A DNA stretch of 64,000 bases from Fimbriimonadaceae bacterium (GTDB lineage Bacteria; Armatimonadota; Fimbriimonadia; Fimbriimonadales; Fimbriimonadaceae): assembly GCA_019454125.1 (NCBI GenBank), contig CP075365.1, positions 488,218 to 552,217 on the forward strand, given 5' to 3'. Below, piece by piece: positions 25,212 to 34,456 of this stretch. Under the pieces are notes generated by a model. It had not been told where the DNA came from. It searched no databases and saw only the letters and a program-made list of their open reading frames with translations. A program made the translations under genes and the position numbers. Numbering within the stretch: the stretch's first letter is position 1; the number at the start of each line of letters is the position of its first letter.

Positions 25212-26503
25212 TTTCCACCTTCCTTCCCGCGGACCGTCGCGGGGATGTCGATTCCGGTCGTCTTTTCGATCGCCTCAAAGACCGATCCCAGCATCTCCGG
25301 GTATGCCGCGATGTAATTCGGCAGGGTGCGCCCGTCGCCGGAGTCGATCACGTTGAGGCTCTGGACCTCGATCCGCTTGACCCCGTCGACCGCCGCCTGG
25401 ATCAGTTTCTCAAGGTCTTCAATCACGGCGATCTGCTTCGCGCTCGGGCCCGCCTTCGACCACGCCTCATGGAGAAGGTCGAGCGCTTCGCTCACCGCCC
25501 GGCCGCGCTCGCGAATGAGCGCCGCGCGCCCGCGCGCCTTGAACTCTTCGGCTTGGCGCGCCGCTTCCGACGGCAAGACCTGGTCAGCCTGCAGGCGCAA
25601 AGTTTCGAGCTGGGAACGGACTTCCTGGAGCTTTTGCTCCGCCTTGGCACGCGCTTCGCGCGCAGCCGCCGTCGTGCGCTCCTCTTCGGAATCCACCCGG
25701 GATTTGAGGTCGGCCTGGATCGTCCGCAGCTCGTTCTTCAAACGCGCCGCTTTCGCCTGGCATTCTGCCGCGACAACCTTGGCCCGGCCGATGGCCTCAG
25801 CCTCCGCTTGTTCGGCGTTCCGCTTGGAGTCCGACTCGGCGATGGTCGCCTCTCGCACGACGTTCGCGATAGCCTTGCGGCCCGTCGCGTCGAGGTAGGC
25901 GACTTCGTCGCCGACGTGCAAGATCTTCAGGGTGTCAAGGTGGAGTCCGAGCTTCGCGAGGTCCTCCTCCGTCTCCCGCGCCAGGGCTTCCGCGAAGACC
26001 AGGCGGTCTTCGTTCACCTGCTCCGGGGTCAAGGTCGCGACGACGCCGCGCAAATGCCCCTCCAATGTCTCTTTCGCGACCCGACGGATCTCGCCCGGGT
26101 CGCGTCCGACGAACCTCTCCACCGCGTTCGAGAAGACCCGCTCGTCGCTGCTGATCTTTACGTTCGCGATCGCATCGATGTTCATCGGGATGCCGCCGCG
26201 CGAGTAGGCGTTGCGGACCGAGATGGGAACCTCCATCAAGGTCAGGCTCAGCCGGTCGATCTTGGTGAGGGCGGGGATCGCCCAGCAATAGCCGCCGATG
26301 ATGGGGCGGTAACCGCGCCGGCGGCCGTCCATGCGGCTGCCGCTCATGAAGCCCGAAACGATGAGGGCTTCGTTGGGGCCGCAGATGCGCCGGAATGTCC
26401 GCGTGACGATGAGCACGGCCAGGGCCAAGCCCAGGACGACGAGGCCCGAGACGACCGCCCAGCCCACTGGGGCGGCGGTCCTTATCAGTTCCGGAAGGTC
26501 CAT
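25208..26503 (-). CDS. flotillin-like SPFH/Band-7 protein (paralog)
   Basis: 431 aa with the same architecture (ATLTPEQVNEDRLVFAEAL...). It has a 4-nt overlap with the downstream paralog. Confidence 0.88.
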   Translation of the reverse strand: MDLPELIRTAAPVGWAVVSGLVVLGLALAVLIVTRTFRRICGPNEALIVSGFMSGSRMDGRRRGYRPIIGGYCWAIPALTKIDRLSLTLMEVPISVRNAYSRGGIPMNIDAIANVKISSDERVFSNAVERFVGRDPGEIRRVAKETLEGHLRGVVATLTPEQVNEDRLVFAEALARETEEDLAKLGLHLDTLKILHVGDEVAYLDATGRKAIANVVREATIAESDSKRNAEQAEAEAIGRAKVVAAECQAKAARLKNELRTIQADLKSRVDSEEERTTAAAREARAKAEQKLQEVRSQLETLRLQADQVLPSEAARQAEEFKARGRAALIRERGRAVSEALDLLHEAWSKAGPSAKQIAVIEDLEKLIQAAVDGVKRIEVQSLNVIDSGDGRTLPNYIAAYPEMLGSVFEAIEKTTGIDIPATVRGKEGGK

Positions 26504-26507
26504 CTCT

Positions 26508-27134
26508 TTATTCTCCCAGGTATTCCGACTTGCGGGCGACCCGGGCTTGACCCCGTTCGATACCGACGATCAAGACTTCCTCGCCTTGTTCGACGTCCGA
26601 CCCCGAGTCGCTGACGGCAATCATATCGATCAAGTCACCACGAATACTTGTCCTGACCTTGCCCGGTTGCGCGCCTCGGACGGCGACTGTCACGCGCCCG
26701 ACCGAACCTAGAAAGTCGCCTTCGGCGATGCTGCTGTTGTTGTCAGGAGCGCCGAGCAGCCGGATCAGGTACGCCGCCGCCCAACCGATGCAGAGCCCGG
26801 TCACGCCCGCGATGGCCATGGTGGCCGGCTCCGTGCTCGCCTTGAGCAAGTTCAGAGCCACTCCGAGCACACCGAAGGACCCGATAAAATAGGTCCAAAA
26901 CCGGAGCGAAAAGAAGGGTAGCCAGAAACTGCCCGCGCTGACCGCGTCGTGCGAGGCTCCGTGGCCGTGGAGAGGCGCGTCTGTTTCGGCCGTGTGGTCG
27001 AAGGCGCCTTCGACGTCGTGGCCCCCCGCGTCCGCTCCTGAGTCGAGGTGGCCATGGCCCAGGGCGCCGCCCAGGGCCGAGACCAGCACGAAGCCGCCCC
27101 CCAAGATCGCGCAGAAGATGTAAAGCGCCAACAT
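26508..27134 (-). CDS. NfeD/YqiJ-like membrane protein
   Basis: 208 aa with TM helices, a His/Asp/Gly-rich loop and a C-terminal OB-like segment (GSVGRVTVAVRGAQPGKVRTSIRGDLIDMIAVS). It holds the classic position upstream of the flotillin genes. Confidence 0.7.
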   Translation of the reverse strand: MLALYIFCAILGGGFVLVSALGGALGHGHLDSGADAGGHDVEGAFDHTAETDAPLHGHGASHDAVSAGSFWLPFFSLRFWTYFIGSFGVLGVALNLLKASTEPATMAIAGVTGLCIGWAAAYLIRLLGAPDNNSSIAEGDFLGSVGRVTVAVRGAQPGKVRTSIRGDLIDMIAVSDSGSDVEQGEEVLIVGIERGQARVARKSEYLGE

Positions 27135-27223
27135 GATCTTGCCAGTCTAGCAAGTACGGAGTTCGGCGGGGCTACGTTGGCGGCGGGTTCGCCACCGCCA
27201 AAGTCACAAGGTCGAGGTCGGGC

Positions 27224-27412
27224 TTAGACCATCGAGACCGACATCTCTTGCTCGATCCTTCCGTCGCGGATCTCGCTCAGGTAGGTTCGGTCGACGTCGG
27301 GTTGGTCAAGCATTCGGCGGAGGTAATCGACCAATTCTTCGGCCTCCGCGCGGGTTAACTCCAAATCGACGTCCCGCAAGCGGCGGCGCGTCTCAAAACA
27401 GGTGATCTTCAT
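27224..27412 (-). CDS. small hypothetical protein
   Basis: 62-aa ORF with an ATG start and a purine-rich GAAGGA tract (partial SD) upstream. Charged, helical composition and no family recognised. Confidence 0.35.
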   Translation of the reverse strand: MKITCFETRRRLRDVDLELTRAEAEELVDYLRRMLDQPDVDRTYLSEIRDGRIEQEMSVSMV

Positions 27413-27499
27413 TCCTTCTCCGTGCGCTGGCTCTAGAGGTACGTCGGCGAACCGCGCAAGGGTTTCTAGGCCCGGGCGGGGCCTAGTCCACTAGGGGGG

Positions 27500-28531
27500 C
27501 TAAAGATCGGGACGAAGAGCCTGTCCCTTCGGGAAGGCTGTTATCGCCAAGGGCCGCTGAGAGGCATAGGCCGGGGGAAAGGCGTCCAGGTCGACCCCCG
27601 CCTCGGCTTGTTCGCGCCAAAGGTGGCGAGCGAGCCTCCCGCTGCCCATCAGGATTCCACCCCAGCGCTTGAGCGCCACCCACCGATTCGGGAACTGAAG
27701 CATCGTGCCGAGAAGGCTCCGTGCTGCTGCCGTCTCCCCGAACAAGGCGTACAGGGCAAAGAGGTTGATCGCGTTCTTGCCCTCTCCCGCTTCCCAGGGC
27801 AAGATCGCGCGCTCCCCGCGCCAGTTTTCCGAATCCTGCAGGATCGCCTCGCGGACGCGAACCTCTTCGAGCGCCTGGCGAGGGCTCATTCGATAGGTGT
27901 TCCTCGAGTGCTGTCGCCAGGAGGTGGCCCGTTCGGCCACGCAACAAAAGGGGCCGCGCATCGCCGCTTCCAGCAAGGCGACCCAGTCGCCGCTGTAGCG
28001 CAGGTCCGTGTGGAACCGCAACCCCTCGCGCCGGAACACGACGCTGCTGGCCAGGATCCGGTTTTCCGCGAGCAGGCAGGGAAGGGCGTCCTGCACGGCC
28101 TTCTGCGGCCAATCGGCGTGCACGTCCTCCTCCTGGATCGCGCCGTGCTCGTCCACCATCCAACCGAGCGTGTAGCACGCAGAGGCACCAGGGTTTGCGT
28201 CCAGGGCCGCCACCTGGAGGGCAAGTTTATCGGGGAGCCAGAGGTCGTCCGAGTTCAGGATCGCGACGAGGTCGCCACGGGCCAAGCCCAGGGCGCGCTG
28301 CTCGGTGCCGTAGGTTCCGAGATTTGACTCGTTGGAGGTGGCGCGGATGCGCCGGTCGCTAAAGGCGTACTCGCATGCGATAAGGTCGCTGCCGTCGGTG
28401 CTGCCGTCGTCGACGATGACAACCTCCCAGTCCGTGAAGGTCTGGGCGCGGACGCTGTCCAGGCACGCGCGAAAGTATTCGGCGTGGTTGTAGCTGGGGA
28501 TGAGGATGGAGACGCGCGGCCCGTCAGTCAT
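27500..28531 (-). CDS. family 2 glycosyltransferase
   Basis: 343 aa. VSILIPSYNHAEYFRACLDSVRAQTFTDWEVVIVDDGSTDGS and NSDD (DxD-type) are GT-A fold signatures. Confidence 0.85.
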   Translation of the reverse strand: MTDGPRVSILIPSYNHAEYFRACLDSVRAQTFTDWEVVIVDDGSTDGSDLIACEYAFSDRRIRATSNESNLGTYGTEQRALGLARGDLVAILNSDDLWLPDKLALQVAALDANPGASACYTLGWMVDEHGAIQEEDVHADWPQKAVQDALPCLLAENRILASSVVFRREGLRFHTDLRYSGDWVALLEAAMRGPFCCVAERATSWRQHSRNTYRMSPRQALEEVRVREAILQDSENWRGERAILPWEAGEGKNAINLFALYALFGETAAARSLLGTMLQFPNRWVALKRWGGILMGSGRLARHLWREQAEAGVDLDAFPPAYASQRPLAITAFPKGQALRPDL

Positions 28532-28554
28532 CTGTCGAGCCGCGCCTCACCTTC

Positions 28555-29493
28555 TTAGGCCGGGACTGCGCCCTGCACTTGGGCCCACATCTCGTTCAGG
28601 GCCTTGGCGCTGTTGAGCAACGCTTCGCGCTCGCCGTCGCTCACCTTCGGTTCGTAGATCGAGACCGCGCCGAGCCGCCCGACCACCGTCGGCATGGAGT
28701 AGCAGACGTCCTTCACGCCGAGGGCCCCCTTCTGCATCGCGGAGATCGGGAGCACCCGCCCGCTGTCCAGCGCGATCGCTTCGACCACTTCCTTGATGGA
28801 GACGCCGACGGCGCGACCAGCGCCGCCCTTTTGGCGGATGACTTCGGCGCCGCTCGTCTTCGTCGCCGCAAAGATGTCGAACCCGCGTTGGTCGGTCCAG
28901 CCGGGGATCGAACCCATCGGCACGCCGCCGATCGTCGCGCTCGACCAGATCGGGACCATCGTGTCGCCGTGCTCGCCGAGGACGAGCGCCTTGACGTCAA
29001 GGGCGTTCACGCCGAGGTTGTCCGCCAGCAGCGACCGGAACCGGGCTGTGTCGAGCACGGTGCCAAGCCCGATCACCTGGTGCTCGGGCAGGATGCCCGC
29101 GCCGACCGCAGTCTGGGTAAGGATGTCGACCGGGTTGCTCACGACCAAGATCGTCGCATGGCTCGGGAGCTTTGCGCCTTTGAGGCTATCGAGGATCTGG
29201 CTGAAGAGCCCGAGGTTGCGGTTAATGAGGTCGAGCCGGCTCTCGTCTGGCTGACGCCGCAGACCGGCCGTGATGACCACGCAGTCGCTGCCCGCGACCA
29301 TGTCGTAGTCCCCGGAGCGGAAGAACTGGCCGCCCACCAGGGACGCGCCGTGTCGCAGGTCGAGGGCCTCGCCCGCCGCCATGTCCGCGTTCGCGTCGAC
29401 CAGAACGATCTCCCTAACGACCCCGCCAAGTTGCAAGGCGAACGCCGCGTCCGAACCGACCCGGCCTCCGCCACCGATGATGCTGACCTTCAT
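28555..29493 (-). CDS. mdh: L-lactate/malate dehydrogenase family enzyme (Arg at the specificity position suggests malate dehydrogenase)
   Basis: 312 aa with the Rossmann motif MKVSIIGGGGRVG and catalytic context LGEHGDT. The substrate loop ITAGLRRQPDESRLDL places Arg where LDHs have Gln (my by-eye alignment). Confidence 0.85.
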   Translation of the reverse strand: MKVSIIGGGGRVGSDAAFALQLGGVVREIVLVDANADMAAGEALDLRHGASLVGGQFFRSGDYDMVAGSDCVVITAGLRRQPDESRLDLINRNLGLFSQILDSLKGAKLPSHATILVVSNPVDILTQTAVGAGILPEHQVIGLGTVLDTARFRSLLADNLGVNALDVKALVLGEHGDTMVPIWSSATIGGVPMGSIPGWTDQRGFDIFAATKTSGAEVIRQKGGAGRAVGVSIKEVVEAIALDSGRVLPISAMQKGALGVKDVCYSMPTVVGRLGAVSIYEPKVSDGEREALLNSAKALNEMWAQVQGAVPA

Positions 29494-29610
29494 TTGCCTG
29501 TGTCAACCGTACCCGGGGTGAGGCGGGCCATGCCGCCCGTCCTACTTGGGAAAGGGCGGTTCAATTAGCGACGCTGATGCGGCAAACGGGGCGACTCGAC
29601 CGGTAAGCGG

Positions 29611-30480
29611 TCAGTTGAAGTCCCAGATGTACCGGTCGGGGTCGTAAACGATGCCTTCCCAGCCGTTCCGGACGTCGCACCCCTCGAAGGTCCGTGCGAT
29701 CGGGAGGACGCGAACACTGCCATCGACCATTCCGATCGTCAGCTTGCCGTCGTGCCAGGGGTAGAGGTTGCCGTACCGGGTGAGGCGCTTGCTCGGCCTG
29801 TCCCAGGCGAAGTTGGGCACGTAAATCTGGTCCGGGCGATACCCGTCTAGCCCGAACGAGTCCCGGTTGTTCTTGTCGTAGCGGCAGGGCGGGACGACAA
29901 GGAAGTTTCCGCCGCCTTCCGGCACGCCCGTGCGATTGATCGAGAAGGCGCTGTCCCCTAGGAGGATCGTCATCGAGGGGTCGGAGAGCTCGGTGGACTG
30001 CCGCGGCTTTGCCGCCCAGACACCCGATTGCTCCTTCACCAAAGGAGAGAGGTAGATGAAATTGAAGCCTGTGTTGACCCTTTGCGAGGCCAGGTAATAG
30101 CGCTCGCCCACGTCGGAGAGGACGACGTCCGGGTCGTACTCCGTCCGCGCCAGGGCTTGCCGCGTGTAATCCGCCGGACAGATGAAGGTGTTGAAATCAT
30201 GGACGTAGGGCAGGACGACCTGGACCCAGGTGCGATCCGTCACCCCTTCGGTCGGCAACGCGCCGGTGTACCGCGTCGTGGAAAAGCGGTCGTCATAGTC
30301 GACCATGTAGAGCGTCATCGCCGCGCTGGTCTGCTTGAACGAACTGATGCAGTCCGTCCTTTTGGCGTGGGCGAGCGCCGAGCTGAAGACAGGGAACAAC
30401 AGGGCCGCCAGCGCAGTAATGATCGCCAGGACCAGGAGGAGTTCGGTTAAAGTGAACGCTTCGCTGCGTCGGTGCTTCAC
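29611..30480 (-). CDS. prepilin-type N-terminal cleavage/methylation domain protein (DUF1559-like)
   Basis: 289 aa. The N-terminus AFTLTELLLVLAIITALAALLFPVF is the type IV pilin-like methylation motif, and the body resembles the H-X9-DG/DUF1559 proteins common in PVC/Armatimonadetes. Confidence 0.8.
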   Translation of the reverse strand: MKHRRSEAFTLTELLLVLAIITALAALLFPVFSSALAHAKRTDCISSFKQTSAAMTLYMVDYDDRFSTTRYTGALPTEGVTDRTWVQVVLPYVHDFNTFICPADYTRQALARTEYDPDVVLSDVGERYYLASQRVNTGFNFIYLSPLVKEQSGVWAAKPRQSTELSDPSMTILLGDSAFSINRTGVPEGGGNFLVVPPCRYDKNNRDSFGLDGYRPDQIYVPNFAWDRPSKRLTRYGNLYPWHDGKLTIGMVDGSVRVLPIARTFEGCDVRNGWEGIVYDPDRYIWDFN

Positions 30481-30517
30481 GGGACCCTCTCCCTATCAAT
30501 ACGATTATAGCATGGAC

Positions 30518-31288
30518 TTACGACCCACGCCATGCTAATGCCGATAATTCTCCATGTTCGACAAATCCCTGTCGTAAATACCAGGGGCTGAGAGACGGTT
30601 CGCACTGCAAAAAGAGGGGGAGGTCGGCTTCGGCGGCGAGCCCCTTCATCGCCGTGACCAAGCTCTTGCCGAGCCCGCGCCGCCGCAGAGACTCTTCCAC
30701 GCACAAGTTGTAGACCCCCAGGCACCCCGGCGTTCGGACAACCATCGCGCAGGCCTCAACCTGGCCGTTCTCGTCCAGCGAGTAAAGCTCGTGGGGCGAG
30801 TTCACGGTCGCGAGGGCCATGGCAGATCGGCGGCGTCCGCTTGAGTTCGAAAAGAACTGCCGCGTCGCGAACTCTGCAAGGACCTGGCGACGCTCGGGCG
30901 ACCAAGCGGGCCGGACTTTGGGCACGGGGCCCGGGGCTTCTCCCTGCCAAACCAACTGGCGAAGCTCTTGCCGCAACTCGAAGCCGGATTTCAGCAATCT
31001 TTGAGCCATGTCCTTCGGGCGGTCGCCATCCGAGCAAAAAACCCAGAAGGCGTCCTGGCCCCGTGCGACCCTCGCCAGCCAATCGACCTCCTGGAGGAAG
31101 GGCGGCTTAAGGTCGAACCCGGCGGCAAAATCGCCGAACGCGAAGCCGGTTCCGCCGACCACGCAGTAGAACCCGTCCTCGCGCACCAGCCGCGTGCCCG
31201 GCAAGCCCATCGCAAGGCCCACGTAAGACTTGGCGGTGTTGTCGCGCATCGCTGCGCTCAGCTCGTCGCCTAGAATACGACGCTCCAC
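30518..31288 (-). CDS. GNAT-family N-acetyltransferase
   Basis: 256 aa. The acetyl-CoA motif is VEESLRRRGLGKSLVTAM in the C-terminal GNAT fold. Confidence 0.7.
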   Translation of the reverse strand: MERRILGDELSAAMRDNTAKSYVGLAMGLPGTRLVREDGFYCVVGGTGFAFGDFAAGFDLKPPFLQEVDWLARVARGQDAFWVFCSDGDRPKDMAQRLLKSGFELRQELRQLVWQGEAPGPVPKVRPAWSPERRQVLAEFATRQFFSNSSGRRRSAMALATVNSPHELYSLDENGQVEACAMVVRTPGCLGVYNLCVEESLRRRGLGKSLVTAMKGLAAEADLPLFLQCEPSLSPWYLRQGFVEHGELSALAWRGS

Positions 31289-32472
31289 ATTGCCCCCGCT
31301 GTCACCCGTTTCGGCAAGATCGAAACCCCCAGCGCAAGGTTCTGGCCCAGCCGGTAGCCCACAAACCCTTGCACGCCCTGCGTCGTGAGGACGGCCGCGC
31401 CGAAGGCGTCGCCCCGGGCGTTCGACCGCCAGACGTCCAACCCCGCGCCGAGCTGCAAGCCGTGCTCGGTGTCGTACGTCACGCCTAGCCGCAGGGTCGG
31501 CGCGTAGAACCTCCCCGGCGCAGTGAAGTCCCTGCCTTGGAGCGTGCTCGCAAAGAAGTTCCGGACCAGCCTCACCAATTTTCCGCGCACGAGGGCGCCG
31601 CCATAGTGGCCGGTCTGAAGTTCCACTACCTGCGGCTTGCCGAGGGCACGGGCCAGCTTCTCGCCGTCCGAAGCGGGCACGACGCTGTCATACCGGGCTA
31701 GGACGACCAGGGCAGGGCGGGGATCGTCTTGGCGCAGGTATTCGAGCGGCTCGATGGCGCGGATTGCCTGGCGCAGCCTCTCCTCCGTGAAACCTTTTCG
31801 CCTGAACTCTTCCCGTTGCCGCACGACCACGGAACTCGACCACAGGATCGCGGCGAGGTCGGCCCCGCCCAGCATAAAGCTCGCGCTCTTGATCCTTGGT
31901 TCGACCGCGTAGCCAAGGCTCGCAACGATCGCCCCGAGGCTCGTTCCGGAGAGGCCGATCCGGTCGGCGTCGAACTCCGGCCTGGATCCGAGGAAGTCGA
32001 CCGTGCGGCGCAGGTCCAGCACGCTCTGGGTCATGGTCTGCACCAGCGCGTCCGCGTCGGGACGGATCGCGAGCTCCCCACTGCGCGTGCCCGCAGGGGC
32101 GCGCTTCAGGTGGTAGGGAAGGGTCATGATGGCGGCCCCGATGCCCGTCAAGCAAAGCTCGCGGGCCTGGCTCGCTTCGAGCGTGAGGTCAGTTGCTCCC
32201 CAATAGTGCAGGATCACGACGACCGGCACCTTCCCCGTGCGGTCGGTCGGGAGGAAGAGCCGGAGGTGCACGGTGTCGTTGACGGGGACGCCCGTGGACA
32301 GCGCGCTCGGGAAGACCGCGTCGTATTCCCGAACAAACTCGTCTCCGCCCCGGTCGATCCAGGGCTCGAACTGAACCGGGCCCGGGGGCGTGAGGACGGC
32401 CTCGCGCTGGGCCTCGAATTGAGACTGCGCCAGAATCGAGACGGCCGCCAGTGCGGCGGCAACCGTCGCCAT
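31270..32472 (-). CDS. secreted alpha/beta hydrolase (dienelactone hydrolase/S9-like) with a C-terminal beta-rich extension
   Basis: The track ORF extends to 32595. The internal ATG at 32472 gives the signal peptide MATVAAALAAVSILAQS. Nucleophile elbow GLSGTSLGA; the C-terminus ends ...GAMWSVVF. Confidence 0.65.
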   Translation of the reverse strand: MATVAAALAAVSILAQSQFEAQREAVLTPPGPVQFEPWIDRGGDEFVREYDAVFPSALSTGVPVNDTVHLRLFLPTDRTGKVPVVVILHYWGATDLTLEASQARELCLTGIGAAIMTLPYHLKRAPAGTRSGELAIRPDADALVQTMTQSVLDLRRTVDFLGSRPEFDADRIGLSGTSLGAIVASLGYAVEPRIKSASFMLGGADLAAILWSSSVVVRQREEFRRKGFTEERLRQAIRAIEPLEYLRQDDPRPALVVLARYDSVVPASDGEKLARALGKPQVVELQTGHYGGALVRGKLVRLVRNFFASTLQGRDFTAPGRFYAPTLRLGVTYDTEHGLQLGAGLDVWRSNARGDAFGAAVLTTQGVQGFVGYRLGQNLALGVSILPKRVTAGAMWSVVF

Positions 32473-34453
32473 GCTCCTCGCCGCCCAACTCACAACCGTT
32501 CTCTTACTCCAAACCGACACCCTTCGTGCCGATTTCGAGAGTGCCCTGGGTGTGGTCGGCCTCACCTGCGAGACCGCGCGGTTCAACAACGACATCGCCG
32601 CATTCTATCGCCAGGGCGAGTTTGAAACCCCACTCTATACGGCCGCGCACAACGATCCTTGGGGACTTCCGTTCCTGGCGGACCGCACGAAGCGCCAATT
32701 CAACGTGGCCGCGGCGCGGCCGCTGCTGATGATCGAGAACGCCAGTCGGGTCATCGGCCAAGGTTCGCGCCGTTCGCTTTTGAACGACCCCGTCGCGACC
32801 GAGGCAGACGCCTCGAAAGAGGCCGACGCCCTGGAGCAGTCGCTCGCGAAGCTCCAGCAAATGGGCGTCGTGAAGGGCCCTGTCCCCAGCACGGCGGGAG
32901 TGCCCGGCCAGGTGCGGCAGGCGGCAGCCCTCGTGCTCTCGGTCGCCGCGCGCTGCCATGCGAATAGGCAGCCTATGCTGGGGGGGCTCGACTCGGCGAC
33001 CCTGTTCAAGGCGGCGATGGCCGGGCTCAGCGAACCCACCGGCGTTGCAGAGGAGACGGCCGCGCTCAGGGCCGCGCGGTCGGTCGACATGCGCTATCTG
33101 TACGCCGCCGCCCAAGACCTCGCCAGCGCGGTCGAAGTGGCCGCGACCGGCGTGAATGCGGTCAACCCGACGACCAAGTACGATTTTCGCCTTGAGACGA
33201 CCTGGGGACGCATCGTGCTCACGGGCGGATCGGACAGTTCGCACCAGGGCGGGGCGAACCTTTTGACGATCGATACGGGCGGGAACGACACCTATCTGAA
33301 CTGCCCCGCCAACGCCAGCCCGGAGAACTGGCTGAGCGTCGTGATCGACAACGCGGGGGACGACAAGTATCTGTCGGACCCGGCCTTGGCGGAAACGCCG
33401 TTGGCCCAATGGCCGGCCCGCAAGCAACGGCGCGACGCGCCCGGGCCCGGTTGCGCGGCGGCCGGAATCGTGTTCCTTTTCGACGCGCGCGGGAACGACC
33501 GCTACGTCACCCACCGGCCGGGAATCGGCGCGGCCTCCTTCGGGGTCGCCTTCGTCCGCGACCAGGAAGGGGAAGACGTCTACTCGGCTTATAAGGACGG
33601 CATCGGCTTCGCCCGGTTCGGCATCGGCGTCGTCGACGACCTGGCCGGGAACGACCGATACGAAGGGTTCACCGAGGTGCAGGGAGTCGGCTTGACGCAG
33701 GGCTTCGGCGGGCTCTTCGACCGGGCCGGGAACGACGAGTACATCGCGAACGACACCGTGCTCGATTTCCCCTCGCCCCAGTCCGCGGAGCACAACGTCA
33801 GCATGGCCCAAGGAGCCGGTTATGGCTATCGGGGCGACTACGTCACCGGCCACAGCCTGAGCGGCGGAGTCGGGTGGCTGCAGGACCAGGCGGGCGACGA
33901 CAGGTACTCGTGCGGCGTCTTCGGCCAGGGCGTGGGCTACTGGGAAGGGGTCGGCTTGCTCTTCGACGACGGCGGCAACGACGAATACAAGGGGCAGTGG
34001 TACGTGCAGGGCGCCTCCGCCCACTTCGGAATCGGCTACTTGGAGGATGCCGCCGGCAACGACCGCTATGTCGCACCGCTCAACATGGCGCAGGGGGCGG
34101 GCCACGACTTCGGCATCGGCTTCCTCTTTGACCACGAAGGCGACGACGTCCACGAGGCCCCGAACCTGAGCCTGGGCGCGGGCAACGCGAACGGGATCGG
34201 CATCTTCCTCGATATGGCCGGCGTCGATGTGTACAACTCTCGGGGCGTGACGCTAGGCGCATCGAGCGACTCGATCAAAGCCTCGCTCAGGGAGCGCGCG
34301 ATCAGCATCGGCCTCTTCATCGACGCGGGCGGACAACGGGACACCTATCCCGAGGCGGTGCCGTGGGCGCGGGACTCGTCGCGTTCCGGCAACTGGAACG
34401 CCAAGGGCGGGCTCCCCCGGGAAAGCCAACTCGGGGTCTTCGTCGACAAATGA
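32471..34453 (+). CDS. repeat protein with about a dozen G-[ND]-D-x-Y solenoid-like repeats (unknown family)
   Basis: 660 aa. Recurrent units are D.(A/G)GND.Y (GGNDTY, AGDDKY, RGNDRY, EGEDVY, AGNDRY, AGNDEY, AGDDRY, GGNDEY, AGNDRY, EGDDVH, AGVDVY) separated by Gly-rich beta segments. The start is uncertain (see rejected notes). Confidence 0.6.
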   Translation: MLLAAQLTTVLLLQTDTLRADFESALGVVGLTCETARFNNDIAAFYRQGEFETPLYTAAHNDPWGLPFLADRTKRQFNVAAARPLLMIENASRVIGQGSRRSLLNDPVATEADASKEADALEQSLAKLQQMGVVKGPVPSTAGVPGQVRQAAALVLSVAARCHANRQPMLGGLDSATLFKAAMAGLSEPTGVAEETAALRAARSVDMRYLYAAAQDLASAVEVAATGVNAVNPTTKYDFRLETTWGRIVLTGGSDSSHQGGANLLTIDTGGNDTYLNCPANASPENWLSVVIDNAGDDKYLSDPALAETPLAQWPARKQRRDAPGPGCAAAGIVFLFDARGNDRYVTHRPGIGAASFGVAFVRDQEGEDVYSAYKDGIGFARFGIGVVDDLAGNDRYEGFTEVQGVGLTQGFGGLFDRAGNDEYIANDTVLDFPSPQSAEHNVSMAQGAGYGYRGDYVTGHSLSGGVGWLQDQAGDDRYSCGVFGQGVGYWEGVGLLFDDGGNDEYKGQWYVQGASAHFGIGYLEDAAGNDRYVAPLNMAQGAGHDFGIGFLFDHEGDDVHEAPNLSLGAGNANGIGIFLDMAGVDVYNSRGVTLGASSDSIKASLRERAISIGLFIDAGGQRDTYPEAVPWARDSSRSGNWNAKGGLPRESQLGVFVDK

Positions 34454-34456
34454 CGG

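Noticed and set aside
27466-27486. The hairpin CTAGGCCC-GGGCG-GGGCCTAG after the GT2 gene stop, as a possible intrinsic terminator.
   Set aside because: It has an 8-bp stem but no U-tract follows on the minus-strand transcript, and the next gene (27412) is only about 55 nt away on the same strand. This is insufficient to call a terminator.
32470-32473. The divergent hydrolase (-) and repeat-protein (+) genes appear to start on the same CATG tetranucleotide, leaving no promoter space.
   Set aside because: This is most likely a start-codon assignment problem. The plus ORF has no upstream alternative start (an in-frame TGA lies at 32420) but may begin further downstream. The minus ORF could use the upstream start at 32595. 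It is not evidence of biology without 5'-end mapping.
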